DNA of 62,644 bases, counting the filler, from Sphacelaria rigidula (lineage: Eukaryota), in assembly GCA_964200075.2 (NCBI GenBank). It is 3 parts of 3 records of this genome, joined end to end, with 100 filler letters (N's around TTAATTAATTAA, not from the genome) between each part and the next. Parts side by side here need not be neighbours in the genome. Positions count along the whole stretch, not along the records: positions 41,871 to 62,644 come from CAXNAA020000494.1; 2 more parts are not named here. The stretch is one strand, 5' to 3'. The notes under the pieces are model-generated. The model did no database searches, was not told the DNA's origin, and was given only the letters and a program-made list of their open reading frames with translations. Shown here piece by piece: positions 61,145-62,644 of this stretch (within the stretch, counting starts at the first letter, position 1; each line of letters begins with the position of its first letter). The translations under genes and the position numbers were made by a program.

Positions 61145-61660
61145 CACACTCTGGACAATGAAGACAACAATATTTCATTGCTTCAATAATTGACGCGAGG
61201 GGAGACCTATACATATATATATATATATATATATCGTCGAACACCATAAATGGTGACACATTTATTGATATGCAAGCCACACTGTATCTTACAAGCCTCG
61301 ATCGATAATCAACCGCAATTGCAGTATATTAAGATCACTGGCCATTGATGGACGTCGTATACCGCAATAAATTCTTGGATTTATCCATCGATAGTTATTG
61401 CCACAAGCAATATATTTGGTGAGCCATCTACCGATAGCCATTGCCGCCAATAATAGACTTGGTGAGCAATCTATCGACGGCCTTTGCCGCCAAGAAGGGG
61501 TTATTGTAGGGAGCAAGCATATATCGATAGCCAATGCCGTCAACAACGGATTATTGCCGTGAGCACTTTATCGATAGCAATGCCGTCAACCACGGATTAT
61601 CGTCGGGAGCCTATCGATACCAATGCCGTCAACAATGGATGATTGTCGTGAGCATCGATT
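61145..61660. mobile_element. Truncated inverted copy of the CACAC-TIR / 43-bp-repeat element
   Basis: cacactctggacaatg is the reverse complement of 54691-54706; followed by ggtgagc..ctatcgatag..gccattgccg repeats. Confidence 0.7.
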
Positions 61661-62644
61661 GTGATGAAGCTCAGTGGCGTTGCAAGATATTACGATGTGC
61701 GGGTCTGTTCGCAGATCCTGGGTTCGTGACGCGTTGTTTCGCGTTTGTTATTGGTCATTCTTGCGGCGGGATTTCGAGCGATAGCTGGAAGCCATCGCCC
61801 CATCTTCTCACTTGCTGGCTTCGCCTTGCTTGCTGGCTTCTCTCTTGGTCGCTGGCACCATCACTACGCTTCGCTCCTATGGCTGCATCCCGGCTGTACT
61901 GAGTAAGAGACCTGCTTGTAGATGTAGTATGATTCTTATCAACATGGGAGTTCCCAATCAGCAGTTACATGAAACGAACCTGTGTGTACTGTGTTAATGA
62001 TGGTAGCTAAGGTCTGTGTTATGTTGCCCACGATTGGGAGGTTGGTGGTTTGGCACCATGGTCTTCCCTAACGTTCATATTGAGAGACCCCAACCAATGC
62101 ATTAGCTACTACATCATTATGACGATTGGCGTAGATAAACCGACTTTGTTCTGCTTGGTTGGTAAGACTTCGTGTTGCTTGGCGTTGTGTTTCTCTGCTT
62201 AAGCCGCCCCGTAGTCATCAGCAAGTCGCTTTTACTTTTGTGCGTTTTTTACTTGTATTTAGTGAGGCGCCCTCGTGTTATTCTGACTGTCGCAGGTATC
62301 AGATTACCCTGGGTTTAGTTGCATCGTGCAATAGTAGACTCTGCTGTACGTTGCCCCCGCTTCGCGTATTCATGATACGTATCTGCCCTTCCGTTGCTGA
62401 TCTGCTTGTAGCTACTGAGCGATTTGTAGCTGCCCTTCGATTATGTCCCCACTTGTTTACATCCACGCAGTGGCCATGGTGACGCACTCCGTTGGGTTAC
62501 CGACTACGCGTAGGTCTGGCCAGAACTGCGTCCTAATTCTGCCTGATGCATGTAGCCAACTGATACCCTGTCTCACTACAGAACAACAAATTGTGAGAAT
62601 TGAGGTTTAACTTCGAGATGAGGCTCAAGCCTAAAACAGTGCTT

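Overview
Intron-rich eukaryotic genomic DNA. Gene content and intron style suggest a brown alga or related stramenopile (inference). The window is three contigs joined by artificial 100-nt N-linkers containing TTAATTAATTAA (20850-20949, 41771-41870). All genes are on the minus strand and were reconstructed by hand from splice signals and reading-frame continuity. (1) 520-18597: 15 exons (~770 aa) of a UFD2/UBE4 ubiquitin E4 ligase; the N-terminus and U-box are not visible, and one intron probably uses a GC donor. (2) 21168-37434: ~15 exons (~1290 aa) of an Integrator subunit 1 (INTS1)-like gene, open at both ends. (3) An isolated SRP72-like exon at 41521-41700. (4) 43166-59127+: a cell-surface protein with Chlamydia-Pmp-like GGA/FxxN beta-helix repeats, a Cys-rich stalk and ~8-9 TM helices. 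Its repeats sit one per 78-81-nt phase-1/phase-1 exon, and one of these exons has recently been tandemly duplicated. Introns carry many non-autonomous DNA transposons with readable TIRs/TSDs, including two independent nestings of an unclassified CACACCCTGGACAAT/8-bp-TSD family and a MITE carrying (TTAGGG)n.
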